Assembly: GCA_016781485.1 (NCBI GenBank)
Contig: JADDQH010000004.1
Span: 629-64,628 of the forward strand
DNA length: 64,000 nt
Source of the DNA: Chloroflexota bacterium
GTDB taxonomy: Bacteria; Chloroflexota; Limnocylindria; Limnocylindrales; CSP1-4
Direction: 5' to 3'
Part shown: in pieces, positions 49,798-59,694 of the stretch
Position numbering within the stretch: position 1 is the stretch's first letter
How the letters are laid out: every line of letters starts with the position of its first letter
The notes under the pieces: model-generated
Database searches by the model: none
The model's input: the letters and a program-made list of their open reading frames with translations, nothing else
What the model was told of the DNA's origin: nothing
Position numbers and translations under genes: made by a program

Positions 49798-52700
49798 CGT
49801 GCTGTCTCCGTCACCTGGTATACGGTAACGTCAGCGAAGGTAGCCGCGGGCTGAAGCTGCGCGAGCTGGGTCAGCGCGCCCGGCGCGACCGGGTAGCTCG
49901 CGGCAGTCGCCAACCGCCCCGGCGGCGCGACGATCACGTAATCGGCGCGAAGCGCAAGCAACCCGGCATCGGTGGGCGCCGCGAAGAACCGGCGAGCGAG
50001 ATCCGCGTCACGGCTCGCCTGCGCGACCCACTCGGGATCCTCTCCATATGGGGCACGGCCATCAAGGATCCCCGCGCGGCCCGTCAGCGCGGCGACGGCG
50101 CCATCCGTGTACCCATTCACGAGGATCCTGGCGTCGGTCGGCGCGTTCTCGGAGATCCACAGGTAGGCGTCGCGACCCGTCAGGGACAACGGGCTGTTCG
50201 GCGGGTCGAGCAGGCGGTCGAACGATCCGGGCGCCATCAGGAGGCCGATCGACGACACGAGGCATGCGAGACCGGCGACGGACGCCGCGACCCGGCGCGC
50301 CGATCCCGTCGCCGTACCGCCGGTCGCCTCGTCCGGGGCCGACCGCCGATGTCGGCGCCATGCGCGGAGTCCCTCCACCCCTGCGAGCGCGCCCGCGGTG
50401 AGGATCGCACTCAACCCGAGGGCCTGATACGGCAGGAAGCGCCTCGGCCCGATTCGTCGCGGCACATACGTGGGGAACGCCTCGAACGTGACCAGGGAAC
50501 CGACGACGAGAAGGACGACGACGAAGGCGCCGAACACGAGGAGCCGCCGCGGTACGTGGGCGGCACGGGTGCCCACGACGGCGATCATCGCGACCAGCAG
50601 CAGCCCGACGAGTACTGCCAGCCGCGCGGGATCGAGGATGTCGATCTGGAACCAGGGGTAACGCGCCGTCGCCGCGAGGACCCGCTCGTCGGTCCAGTCG
50701 TCCGGCGGGGGCTGCGAGACCACCTCGCCGCCGATCAGCGACCTGTACAGCTCCCACGTCGGGTCGCCGGAGGCCGCGAGCTGTGGTCCGAGCTCGCCGG
50801 CGCCCGGGATGCCGGAACCCGTCGCAGCGAAGATCCCGCCGGCAACGAGGACCGCCACCGCGAGTGAGAGGATCGCGGTCACCCATCGCGTCCGCCACGA
50901 CTGTCCCGTCTGCAGCACGACCAGCGCCAGCCCGACCGCGCCCCCGACGACGAACACCTCGATGTGACTCGCGGCGACGAGACCCCCCAGCACGCCGGCG
51001 AGGACCACCCACGCGGGACGATCACTGCCCGAGTCGGTCCACGCCCGGTCGAGTGCCCACAGCGAGCCGATGAGGAGCAGGAGTGCGAACGACTCCGGCC
51101 GCAAGGCGCCGAACTTCGTCGCCCAGAGGTTCGTGCTCACGAACAAGCCCGCCAGGAATACGCCGCCGGGCAGCGACCAGCGTCGCGCGAACGCGACGAG
51201 GGTGAGCGCGGCCGCGACGAGCACGAGAAGTCGGTAGGTCTCGATCGTCGCGAGCCCGGTCTGGTCGAGCGTCTCGGCACCGGCAAGGTGAATCGTGAAC
51301 GGAAGGTAGTCCCCCTTGAAATCGCGCGCCTCGCCCCACTCCAGGACGCTGTCGGGGAGCGCCCCCGAGGCCGCTGTGGTCTGGCTCAGGTTCCAGTAGT
51401 ACCAGCTCGTCGTTGACCGCGGCAGTCCGGTCGGGAGGGCGGCGACGAGCTGTGGGGCCAGCACCGCGGCGAAGGCCAGTCCGAGCAGCAACGGCGTCCG
51501 TCGATCCCGGAGCTCGTCCCCGATCCTCGTTCGGCTGGCGCGACTGCCCGTCGTCGCCGGCTTCGCGGCCGATACCGGAGCGCTCGATCGAAGGAGGGAC
51601 CGGAACTGCAAGGCGACGACGAGCACCCAGCCGACCAGGGCCGGCAGTCCGGCAGCGACGAGCAGGCCTCTTGGCTCCAGCGATCCGAGTGCCACGAGTG
51701 CGCCCGCGGCAGCGATCGCGATGGCGACGGACAGCACGAACGCCAGGACCAGCGTATCGAGCGGATCGAGCCGACGGACGCCGCGCCAGACGAGAGCCCA
51801 GGGCAGCCCCGGCAGCAGGAACCATGCCGCAACGACGAGGAGGCTCGCCGTTCCGGCGATCGCACCCTCCAGCGTTGCTCGGGCATTCACGCTCGGCTGG
51901 ATCGGCGGCACTCCCGCAGCCGGGGCCGCACTCCCGATCCCCTGGGCGACGACGATGCGATCACCACCGAGGGCCTCGACGAACTCCGTCTGGGTCCAGC
52001 CGAGCCGCACCCTGGGGACATCGACGGCGAGGTGATCGAGCGCCATCGGGTCGTATACGACAGGGGGGTTCGAGAGCGGTGCGAGTGCGGTCGGATCGAC
52101 GGCGTAGACACGAGCCTGGGCACGCCCGTTCGGCAGTGCCGAGGCGTAGAGGAGGCGGAAGGCGGGGTGCGACTCGAGGTAGGGGGAGATGGTCGTCGTG
52201 CTGCGCACCGGATGCTCACCCGTCAGCACGAGATATCCGGCATTCGTCGCCCTCAGTTCGCTGAGAAGGCTTGTCTGCGTCAACCCGACGTACGGGCCGT
52301 GCGGATGCTTGCGCACGAACAACCAGTCGTTCCCGACGGAAGCCGGATCGAACCGGGCATCAGCGAAGCGGAGGCCGGTACCCACCGGTTGGAACAGGTC
52401 CCCGCGGCGGGCGACGACGACGTCCACCGTCGGGATCTGGGGCATCGAGTACCGGGTATCCGTCTGCCGATGGATCTCCGCCCCGTAGAGCCAGCTGGTC
52501 ATGACGGTCGAACCCGGTGGCACGTTCGCCTCCATCCACCGGCTGACGTCAGGCACCAGCGACGTCCGCCAGTCGAACTCGGGGCGCTGATCGGGGACGT
52601 CGGCGGCAGCGACCGCGGCGCTTCCGTTGACGAGCCGGATGGCGCCGAGGGTGAGCATGCCGACGAGGCCCGCGCTGGCGACGGCTGCGACGGCAAGCGC

Positions 52701-54197
52701 CACGGGCGCGGAACGGTAGCGGTGGGGCGTTCGGGCGTCTCCTCCGCCGAGCGACCGTCTCCAGATCCAGGCCATCGCCCTGGCGGCGATCGCGGCCTCC
52801 CACAGCGCCGAGAGGACGAAGAAGGGCAGCGCGCTCCTCGGGTCGTAGAAACTCGCACCCACGTACATCGCGACAGGCACGAAGCTGAGTAGCGCGAGTC
52901 CCATCACGAGCTCGACCGGGCGCCGGCGCGGTAGTCGCCACAGCGCGTAGAACCAGCCCACGACCGCGAGGGGGAGCGGCCAGAGGAACGGCTCGAACCG
53001 GTAGAGCGTGGAGCGGAAGACGGCGCGGAGGGGAACCGCAGGATCCTGGATGCCCTCGGTCGCGAACTGCCCGGCAAGGACGGCGAGGCCCCAGGTGGCG
53101 GCACCGATGACGGTGACCACAAGAGCAGCAGGGCCTTCGAGCCGCGCGATGAGAGGCGCCAGCTTCTGACCCCGCGCCCGGTGCGGCGACCACACGACGA
53201 TCGCGAGCACGGCAACGGCCACCAGGGCCGATGCCGCGATCACGACGCTCGCCCCGCCCCGACCGAGGAGATAGATACGGCCGGTGTTCAGGAACGACCA
53301 GATCCACCACGGCGCCACGGCGGCGATGGATACGAGGTATGCGATCAGGACGCAGCGGATCCGTGCAAGTCGCTGCGGCGCCCCGCGTGCCCAGTACGCA
53401 GCCAGCAGCGGGACGGGCAGGAACGCGGCGGCCGTCAGCTTGAGGAGCACCGCGGCGCCCAGCACGGCGCCGAGCGCCACGGCGGTCGCCGGGCGTGGAC
53501 GCTCGACCACACGGACCGTCAACAGGGCGGCCACCACGACGGCGCAGGTGACGCTCGTGTCGATCCGGAGGGAATGAACGAGCTGTAGGACGTCGACCTC
53601 GCCGAAGGCCAGGACGGCCACGAGCGCGCCCGCCAGCACACCACCGAGTCGCCACCCGACCCACGACAGGATCGCCGCCGTCACCGCGGCGAGGACAAGG
53701 TTCGTCAGCAGTCCGCCCGGGATCCCCGCCGCGGCGTATCCGGGCAAGAGGGTCAGTACGTAGAGCGGCGGCCGGAACGACACGGGTTCACCATCCGGCA
53801 TCACCAGACCGCGGCCCTGAAGCAGAGACTCGACGATCGAGAGGTAGAGGCTGTCGTCGGGGGACAGGTACAGCGCGGGTACGAGCGCTGCTCCCAGAAG
53901 GGTCGCGAGCCCGGCCGCGACCGCGATGGTCAAGCGGAGCTTTCGGAAGGACCGGATCGCGGGCGCGAGACGCGCGGAACGGACGCGCTCGAGCGCCGCC
54001 GAGGCCGAGCTCAAGGGCGTGGATCCGCGGACGCGCGACCGGTGACGCAGGCGCAGGCAGTGGGGATCGGCACGAGACGAGAGCATACGACGAGGTCCCG
54101 CACTGGGCGGAGACGTGCCCTCGGAGATGGCGGCGCGAGAGCCGTCGTGCGCTCCGCGGCGCCACCGCCGCTGCGTCGCCATACTCGGGCGATGCAC
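49794..54197 (-). CDS. Giant (up to 1467 aa) polytopic protein: ArnT/PMT_2-like GT-C module plus a second membrane module, each followed by a soluble extracytoplasmic domain
   Basis: First-loop motif LYLSPDDSLYLSIVESLLQGRGL typical of GT-C (GT39/83). Two blocks of ~12 TM segments (about aa 95-560 and 790-1330). Each is followed by a ~200/130-aa non-hydrophobic domain ending ...GYLVLTGEHP... / ...ADYVIVAPPG.... The start is uncertain (GTG 54197, ATG 54182, or an internal ATG near 54086). Confidence 0.6.
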   Translation of the reverse strand: MHRPSMATQRRWRRGAHDGSRAAISEGTSPPSAGPRRMLSSRADPHCLRLRHRSRVRGSTPLSSASAALERVRSARLAPAIRSFRKLRLTIAVAAGLATLLGAALVPALYLSPDDSLYLSIVESLLQGRGLVMPDGEPVSFRPPLYVLTLLPGYAAAGIPGGLLTNLVLAAVTAAILSWVGWRLGGVLAGALVAVLAFGEVDVLQLVHSLRIDTSVTCAVVVAALLTVRVVERPRPATAVALGAVLGAAVLLKLTAAAFLPVPLLAAYWARGAPQRLARIRCVLIAYLVSIAAVAPWWIWSFLNTGRIYLLGRGGASVVIAASALVAVAVLAIVVWSPHRARGQKLAPLIARLEGPAALVVTVIGAATWGLAVLAGQFATEGIQDPAVPLRAVFRSTLYRFEPFLWPLPLAVVGWFYALWRLPRRRPVELVMGLALLSFVPVAMYVGASFYDPRSALPFFVLSALWEAAIAARAMAWIWRRSLGGGDARTPHRYRSAPVALAVAAVASAGLVGMLTLGAIRLVNGSAAVAAADVPDQRPEFDWRTSLVPDVSRWMEANVPPGSTVMTSWLYGAEIHRQTDTRYSMPQIPTVDVVVARRGDLFQPVGTGLRFADARFDPASVGNDWLFVRKHPHGPYVGLTQTSLLSELRATNAGYLVLTGEHPVRSTTTISPYLESHPAFRLLYASALPNGRAQARVYAVDPTALAPLSNPPVVYDPMALDHLAVDVPRVRLGWTQTEFVEALGGDRIVVAQGIGSAAPAAGVPPIQPSVNARATLEGAIAGTASLLVVAAWFLLPGLPWALVWRGVRRLDPLDTLVLAFVLSVAIAIAAAGALVALGSLEPRGLLVAAGLPALVGWVLVVALQFRSLLRSSAPVSAAKPATTGSRASRTRIGDELRDRRTPLLLGLAFAAVLAPQLVAALPTGLPRSTTSWYYWNLSQTTAASGALPDSVLEWGEARDFKGDYLPFTIHLAGAETLDQTGLATIETYRLLVLVAAALTLVAFARRWSLPGGVFLAGLFVSTNLWATKFGALRPESFALLLLIGSLWALDRAWTDSGSDRPAWVVLAGVLGGLVAASHIEVFVVGGAVGLALVVLQTGQSWRTRWVTAILSLAVAVLVAGGIFAATGSGIPGAGELGPQLAASGDPTWELYRSLIGGEVVSQPPPDDWTDERVLAATARYPWFQIDILDPARLAVLVGLLLVAMIAVVGTRAAHVPRRLLVFGAFVVVLLVVGSLVTFEAFPTYVPRRIGPRRFLPYQALGLSAILTAGALAGVEGLRAWRRHRRSAPDEATGGTATGSARRVAASVAGLACLVSSIGLLMAPGSFDRLLDPPNSPLSLTGRDAYLWISENAPTDARILVNGYTDGAVAALTGRAGILDGRAPYGEDPEWVAQASRDADLARRFFAAPTDAGLLALRADYVIVAPPGRLATAASYPVAPGALTQLAQLQPAATFADVTVYQVTETAR

Positions 54198-54232
54198 GAG
54201 CAGGCGGCCCTGTCCAGGCGCGCTCCGTCCCG

Positions 54233-55531
54233 GTGATGGCGAACTGGGTCGCGGCCGCGCTGATCGCGCTCGCGTTGATCCTCGGGGCCGCCCTTTCCTG
54301 GCGCATGACCGGACCCGTCGATGACGTCCGCGACCCGACGAGCCCGGGTCGCCTCTTCGTCGTGTTCTACCTCGCCCTCGTCGGAGTGGGCTCGGTCCTC
54401 ATCACGGCGTCGGGACAGGGTGCGGCAGGCGCAGCGCTCGCGGCATCGGGCCTGCTCGCGTTCGGTCTCGGGACCGCCGTCGCTGCTCAGCGGTGGGGCG
54501 TCCCTCGGCGGGTCGAACCAGAGGCCGCGGTCGGTCCACTGCAGCCACTGGCGATCGCCCTCCTCGCCGTGGTCGGGCTCGTGGCGCTCGCCAGCGTGGC
54601 CGTCACGAGCGGCGTCCCGTTCCTCAGCAGCGACCCCGTGGAAAGCCGACTCGCGTATCAGGGCCACGCCTTCGACCTCTTCCGCCGACTGGTCCCGCCG
54701 GCCGCGCTCGTCGTCGTCGCGATCGCGCTCGTCCGCCGGGACCGGCGCGACTGGGCGCTCGCCGTCTTCGCCGTCGGATCGGTCCTTCTCGTGATGATCT
54801 CCCTGGCGTCGCGCACGCTGCCGCTCGAGCTCGCCATCGAGGCGTTGCTGCTCGCGTGGTGGGCGGGGCGACGTGCGTCCCGTCGCGTCCTCGCCGTCCT
54901 CGCGCTCGTGGGCGTCCTCGCGTTCGCCGCGATCCAGCTCGCCCGGGTCGGCCTCGCAGACGGGCTGCGGGATCCGGTCCGCTTCGCGGTCGAGCGGACG
55001 ACGAGCAGACTCCTCCTCATCCAGCCACGGACGCTCGAGCTGCTGGTCCGCGAGATCCCGGCCCGGGAACCCTACTTCGGCGGCGCCACGTACGTCCGGC
55101 AGCTTGCCGCATTCTCGAACGGGCAGCCACGAGAGTCGCTCGGACACTGGCTCGCACGGCGCGGGATCGTGCCCGGGATCGAGGAACGCGGCTTCGCGAC
55201 GCCGGGCGTGCTCGGCGAACTCTGGGCCAACTTCGGGCCGCTCGCGCTCGGCGGGATGTTCCTTGCGGGCGTCGGGGTGCAGACCCTCGGGCGAGCCGCG
55301 TCGCGGCTGGGACCGGGCGCCGCGGACCGGGTCTTCCTGGCCGTGGTGACCGTCGCCGTAGCCAGGACCTACGCGACGACTCTCAATGGCTTCCTGATGA
55401 GCGTCGCGGTCATCCTCGCGTGGCGGGTCGCGGCGACTCTGCCGGGATGGCCGCCGTGGCTCAGGGTCCCTGCTCGACGTCCGTCGGCGGCGACGGCCGA
55501 CAGCGGGTCGCGATCGGCCCCCGCGGGTTGA
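54233..55531 (+). CDS. Oligosaccharide repeat-unit polymerase (Wzy-type) membrane protein
   Basis: Polytopic 432 aa. C-terminal block FATPGVLGELWANFGPLALGGMFLAGV resembles the G-E-x-Y-x-N-F-G block of Wzy-type polymerases. Confidence 0.5.
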   Translation: MMANWVAAALIALALILGAALSWRMTGPVDDVRDPTSPGRLFVVFYLALVGVGSVLITASGQGAAGAALAASGLLAFGLGTAVAAQRWGVPRRVEPEAAVGPLQPLAIALLAVVGLVALASVAVTSGVPFLSSDPVESRLAYQGHAFDLFRRLVPPAALVVVAIALVRRDRRDWALAVFAVGSVLLVMISLASRTLPLELAIEALLLAWWAGRRASRRVLAVLALVGVLAFAAIQLARVGLADGLRDPVRFAVERTTSRLLLIQPRTLELLVREIPAREPYFGGATYVRQLAAFSNGQPRESLGHWLARRGIVPGIEERGFATPGVLGELWANFGPLALGGMFLAGVGVQTLGRAASRLGPGAADRVFLAVVTVAVARTYATTLNGFLMSVAVILAWRVAATLPGWPPWLRVPARRPSAATADSGSRSAPAG

Positions 55532-55543
55532 CGGTCCCGGTCG

Positions 55544-56584
55544 CTACCGGTCGTCGAACCAGTCGTCGAGGAGCTCCTGCGCCTCGTCCACGTCGAGTCG
55601 GAGCTGGTAGAGGTTCGAACCGACGACTTCGCGACTGAACCGCGGTGGTGACAGGACGACGCGCTGGGCGTTCTTGAGATCTGCCCGCGATGCGAGCCTG
55701 AGCAGTTCCGGGGCGGCACTCAGCGGGAGATCGGTCCGGAAGTGACGACCTACGACGTCCACGAGAGGTGGGAGCTCGGTGACGCCGACATCGTCGAGTG
55801 CATCGATCGCGGCCATCACGAGGAGCTGCTGTCGGTCCGCCCGCGCGAAGTCGTTGTCGCCGCCACGGCTCCTTGCCAATCGCAGCGTCTCGTCGCCGTC
55901 GAGCTCGTTCCTGCCCTTCGGGAAGTAGAGCCCGCGTTCGGTACTGCTGATCTGGTATTTCGGATCGTTGACTTCTTCTTCCAGGTCGACCTCGATGCCA
56001 CCGAGCGCGTCGACCATGCGGCGAACGCCCGCGAACCCGGTGTACGCCCAGTAGTCGACCTCGATGCCGAGCAGATCACCGATCGCCGCCTTCGTGGCAT
56101 TCCCAGCCGCATGCGGTTCCCCTTCCTGCTCCAGGTACCACTCGTAGAGCATGTTGATCTTCTTCGTGAACATGCGACCCCCGGGGATCGGGAAGCGAGC
56201 GATGTCTCGCGGGATGCTGACGGCAGCAGCGTCGCCGCTCTCGGGCTCGAGTGACACCACCATCATCGTGTCCGTCCGGACGCCGGGGTTGTTCGCTCGC
56301 GCATCGGAGCCGAGAAGGAGGATCGTCAGACGCTCGTCGCGGCCGAGGAGCGACGGGATGACCGGGGTCGTCGTCGCGTCCGGCGCCGGCGTCGCGGGCC
56401 GTCCGGGATCCTGCGTCCCTGCATCGCCCCGGGGCCCGTTCCCTCCCCTGCCGCCGCGGAGAGGCGCGCCCGGGGGGGCCGGCGCGAACAACTCGCATGC
56501 GGCGAGCGCGAGTACCAACACCAGCGACGTGCCCACTCGCACGAGCGTCGACGCGGCGGGCGCGGAGACCGGTATGAGACGCAT
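55544..56584 (-). CDS. LCP family ligase, second copy, with possible lipoprotein signal peptide
   Basis: Motifs LTILLLGSDARANNPGVRTDTMMVVSLEPESGDAAAVSIPRDI ... LRLARSRGGDNDFARADRQQLL. With ATG 56584 the N-terminus is MRLIPVSAPAASTLVRVGTSLVLVLALAAC, which gives an LAAC lipobox. Confidence 0.75.
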   Translation of the reverse strand: MRLIPVSAPAASTLVRVGTSLVLVLALAACELFAPAPPGAPLRGGRGGNGPRGDAGTQDPGRPATPAPDATTTPVIPSLLGRDERLTILLLGSDARANNPGVRTDTMMVVSLEPESGDAAAVSIPRDIARFPIPGGRMFTKKINMLYEWYLEQEGEPHAAGNATKAAIGDLLGIEVDYWAYTGFAGVRRMVDALGGIEVDLEEEVNDPKYQISSTERGLYFPKGRNELDGDETLRLARSRGGDNDFARADRQQLLVMAAIDALDDVGVTELPPLVDVVGRHFRTDLPLSAAPELLRLASRADLKNAQRVVLSPPRFSREVVGSNLYQLRLDVDEAQELLDDWFDDR

Positions 56585-56910
56585 CAGGGACACGTACGCG
56601 ACCCGTGCACGCGAGCGGAGGGATGGCGAGGAACGGTGGTCCGGAGTCCGGACGGCTGACGAGGAGGAGCCCACGAGGACCGACCCTACCACATGGACGG
56701 AAGAACGGAAGTTCGGTTTGTACTCGCAAGAGAGCCGCCGTCGCCGTGGTCGAGCATGCGAGGAAGACAAAGCGTCCGGTCGGAGCGTCGCAGCTGCGCG
56801 CGGTGCGAACCGGGCGCTACTGACACGGCACGCCCGGTCCCTGGCGGCGACGATCTTCGTGCTGGTCACGCTCTCCAGCGACGGCCCTCGGCAGCGACTA
56901 CGATGCCCGG

Positions 56911-58071
56911 ATGCTCCCGCAGCTCCTGTTCTGGATCCCCGTCGTCGTCGTCACCTGGGTCTATCTCCTGTACCCGGCCGTGGCGGCCGTCGCAGCCGCG
57001 ATCCGGCCGTTCCGGATCCGACACTCGCTCGCGGCCCCGCGCCTGGTGACCGTCGGTATCGCCGTCCACAACGAGGCTGGGGACCTCGAGGAGCGCGTCG
57101 TGAACGTCCTGGGCCAGCAGACGGAGTTCGAGCTCGAGGTCGTCGTCGCCTCGGACGGGTCCACCGATGCGACGGACGCCATCGCCGCCCGTCTCGCCGA
57201 AGACGACCGACGCATCAGGTTGCTGTCGCTACCGCGGGGAGGCACGAGCGCGGCGCATAACGCGATCTTCCGGTCCGCGCGCGGCGACGTGGTCGTGCTG
57301 ACGGACGCGGAGACGCGCTATCTCCCGGGGTGCCTGGATGCGCTCGTCGCGCCGTTCCGCGACCCGCGCATCGGCTGTACCACCGGTCACCTGTCCTGGC
57401 GGAACGACGGGTCGACTCCAACGAGCCAGCAGGAGGGACTCTACTGGCGGTATGAGCTCGCTGTGCGTGGCGTCGAAAGCAGGGCGGGCTGGCTGACGGC
57501 GGTCACGGGGGCGCTGCTTGCCTTACGTCCCGACTGCTACCGCCCGCTGCCGGACTCGGCCTCACACGACCAGCTGCTCCCACTCTACGCACGCGACCTT
57601 GGCTACGCCGTGGTCGCGGTCCCCGAGGCGCGTGCCACCGATCGCGGGATCACGTCGCTGGGACAGCAGTTCCGGAATCGAGCGCGCACCGCCACGCGCG
57701 GGATCCGCGCCAATCTCGCCATGGTGTCGCGCCTCACCCCCTGGCGTCGACCGTCAGCGTTCCTCGCCATCTGGTCCCACAAGCTGCTGCGCTGGGCGAC
57801 GCCATGGCTCGCGCTGGCGGCTGTGATCGGCGCGGTGCTTCTCGTCGCGCGTGGCGAAACGGTCTATCTCATCCCGATCGTGCTCGCGGTCGCGCTACTC
57901 GCACTCGCCGGCCTCGGGTACGTGCTGCGGCTCGCCGGGCGTCGGGCGAGCTGGGCCGCGTTGCCGTTGGCCGTCGTCGTGGTGAACGCGGCGTTCCTCG
58001 TGGGCTGGCTCAACATCCTTCGCGGCCACAGGCTCACAGCCTGGCATCGCGCCGCGTGGCGAACGGAGTAG
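56911..58071 (+). CDS. Integral-membrane GT2 glycosyltransferase (processive-synthase-like topology)
   Basis: N-terminal TM. GT2 core VTVGIAVHNEAGDLEERV ... VVVASDGSTDAT ... VVVLTDAETRY. Three to four C-terminal TM segments. Confidence 0.75.
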   Translation: MLPQLLFWIPVVVVTWVYLLYPAVAAVAAAIRPFRIRHSLAAPRLVTVGIAVHNEAGDLEERVVNVLGQQTEFELEVVVASDGSTDATDAIAARLAEDDRRIRLLSLPRGGTSAAHNAIFRSARGDVVVLTDAETRYLPGCLDALVAPFRDPRIGCTTGHLSWRNDGSTPTSQQEGLYWRYELAVRGVESRAGWLTAVTGALLALRPDCYRPLPDSASHDQLLPLYARDLGYAVVAVPEARATDRGITSLGQQFRNRARTATRGIRANLAMVSRLTPWRRPSAFLAIWSHKLLRWATPWLALAAVIGAVLLVARGETVYLIPIVLAVALLALAGLGYVLRLAGRRASWAALPLAVVVVNAAFLVGWLNILRGHRLTAWHRAAWRTE

Positions 58072-58135
58072 CCGGAGGGACGGAGCGCGTACGGCGGGCT
58101 GCGCCGAGACGCCGAGCAGTTCGGACCCTTCCGGG

Positions 58136-59677
58136 TCACCGCCCCTGCACGTACGCCGGGTCCTGCGAGTCCTCGACCACCAGGCTCTGCGGGTCGACCT
58201 CGGCCGCCGGACCGATGCCGTCCTCCTCGACCGGAGGGTGATCGACGGATGACCCATCGTCCGCGGGCACCGAGGCGAGCGGCTCCGACGACTCGGGTGA
58301 CGCCGTGGGCACGGTGGAGGAGGCGGGCGCCGGAAGCACGAGCCACTGCCGGTCGCCGGGGACGTGGTACTCGATCCCGTGCGCCCGGAAATCGATCTCC
58401 CTCCAGAGCCCGGCGTTATCGAGCACCAGGCGGCAGTCCCGCAGCGCCCGCAGGATGGTTGTGTGCGGGTACGCGCCGTATTCCCGATGACCGGCCACCA
58501 CGAGGACCGTGTCGAACTCGCCGAGGTCATCCGGGAACCGGAAGGGCTCGGCGCCGGAGATCCGCCGGATCTCGTCGTCCGTATAGTGAAGATCGTTCAC
58601 CTTCACTTCGATCCCGTGTCTCCTGAGGGCAGGCGCGATCTTCACCGTGGGGCTCTGCGCCCACACCTTCATGTTCTTCGTGTACGACAGGCCGAGGATC
58701 CCGACGTGGCCGACATCGCCGCGGCGGACAAGGTAGTCGACCACTCGCCCTGGTTGTGCCTCGGAGGTCGCCACCGTCGCCTGCAGAAGGGTCAGGAACT
58801 CGGGACGCTCGGCACCCTGAAGGACGTAGTGGCTCGCGAGCGGGATGCAGTAGCCGCCGACGCCGAAGCTCGGGAAGTACGTTTCCATGTTCCACTTCGT
58901 GCCGACGAGCTCCAGGACCGCCCGCATATCGAGGTGCGGATACGCGAGGGCGAGCTGATTCGCGAGCGCGATGTCCATGTGGCGATACGCGTTCTCGATG
59001 CTCTTCACCACCTCGGCGTGGTTGTGGTCCGGCGCCACGACGAGGTTCTCGCAGACGATGCCGAGGGTGTCGAGCATCGCCTTGGTCGTCGCTTCGTCGG
59101 TCCCCCCGATGACGCGCGCGAGGGTGCGGAGAGAGCTCTCGGGGGTCGAGAACCAATCCCGCCTCGGGGCGCACCCGAACAGGACGTCCCGCCCGACGGT
59201 CAGGCCGGCTGATTCGAAGATCGGGATGACGAACTCGTCGGCGGTGTTGGGCGTCAGCGTCGACTCGATGATCACGAGCGGCGGCGGCTGCATCCGGAGG
59301 TCGGCGAGCTTCGTGATCTTCCGGCAGACGTCGGCCAGGATGTCGAGGTAGGGGAGGCCGTCGCGCTCGGTGGGGATACAGATGAAGTGGACGAGCACGT
59401 CCTCGTCGATCAGCTGCGACCAATCCGTCGTCGCGCGCGCGACGCCGCCCTGGAAGAGGTAGGCGGGAGTGAACCCGAGCCAGTAATCCATCGCGAAGAT
59501 CGGGTTCTCGCCGCGGTTGATGACATCCACCTTCTCGCGATCGACGTCGGTCCCGATGACGGACACGCCCCGCTCGGCGAAGTGGCACATCGTCGAGTAC
59601 CCGATGTGCCCGATCCCCCACACGGCGACCTTCTTCTGCCCGCTGACGAGAGCCTCGCGATAGTCGATCAAGTGCAC
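58136..59677 (-). CDS. Nucleotide-sugar dehydrogenase (UDP-ManNAc/UDP-Glc dehydrogenase family) with ~90-aa acidic/Pro-rich C-terminal tail
   Basis: Motifs KKVAVWGIGHIGYSTMCHFAERG, GVGGYCIPLASHY (catalytic Cys), GILGLSYTKN. The tail is LVLPAPASSTVPTASPESSEPLASVPADDGSSVDHPPVEEDGIGPAAEVDPQSLVVEDSQDPAYVQGR. Confidence 0.75.
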   Translation of the reverse strand: MHLIDYREALVSGQKKVAVWGIGHIGYSTMCHFAERGVSVIGTDVDREKVDVINRGENPIFAMDYWLGFTPAYLFQGGVARATTDWSQLIDEDVLVHFICIPTERDGLPYLDILADVCRKITKLADLRMQPPPLVIIESTLTPNTADEFVIPIFESAGLTVGRDVLFGCAPRRDWFSTPESSLRTLARVIGGTDEATTKAMLDTLGIVCENLVVAPDHNHAEVVKSIENAYRHMDIALANQLALAYPHLDMRAVLELVGTKWNMETYFPSFGVGGYCIPLASHYVLQGAERPEFLTLLQATVATSEAQPGRVVDYLVRRGDVGHVGILGLSYTKNMKVWAQSPTVKIAPALRRHGIEVKVNDLHYTDDEIRRISGAEPFRFPDDLGEFDTVLVVAGHREYGAYPHTTILRALRDCRLVLDNAGLWREIDFRAHGIEYHVPGDRQWLVLPAPASSTVPTASPESSEPLASVPADDGSSVDHPPVEEDGIGPAAEVDPQSLVVEDSQDPAYVQGR

Positions 59678-59694
59678 GTCCCTTTGCTGTCGCT

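Noticed and set aside
58122-58135. Small hairpin GACCC-TTCC-GGGTC downstream of the GT2 at 56911-58071.
   Set aside because: It is a 5-bp stem without a U-tract and it overlaps the approach to the convergent gene's stop. That is too weak to call a terminator.
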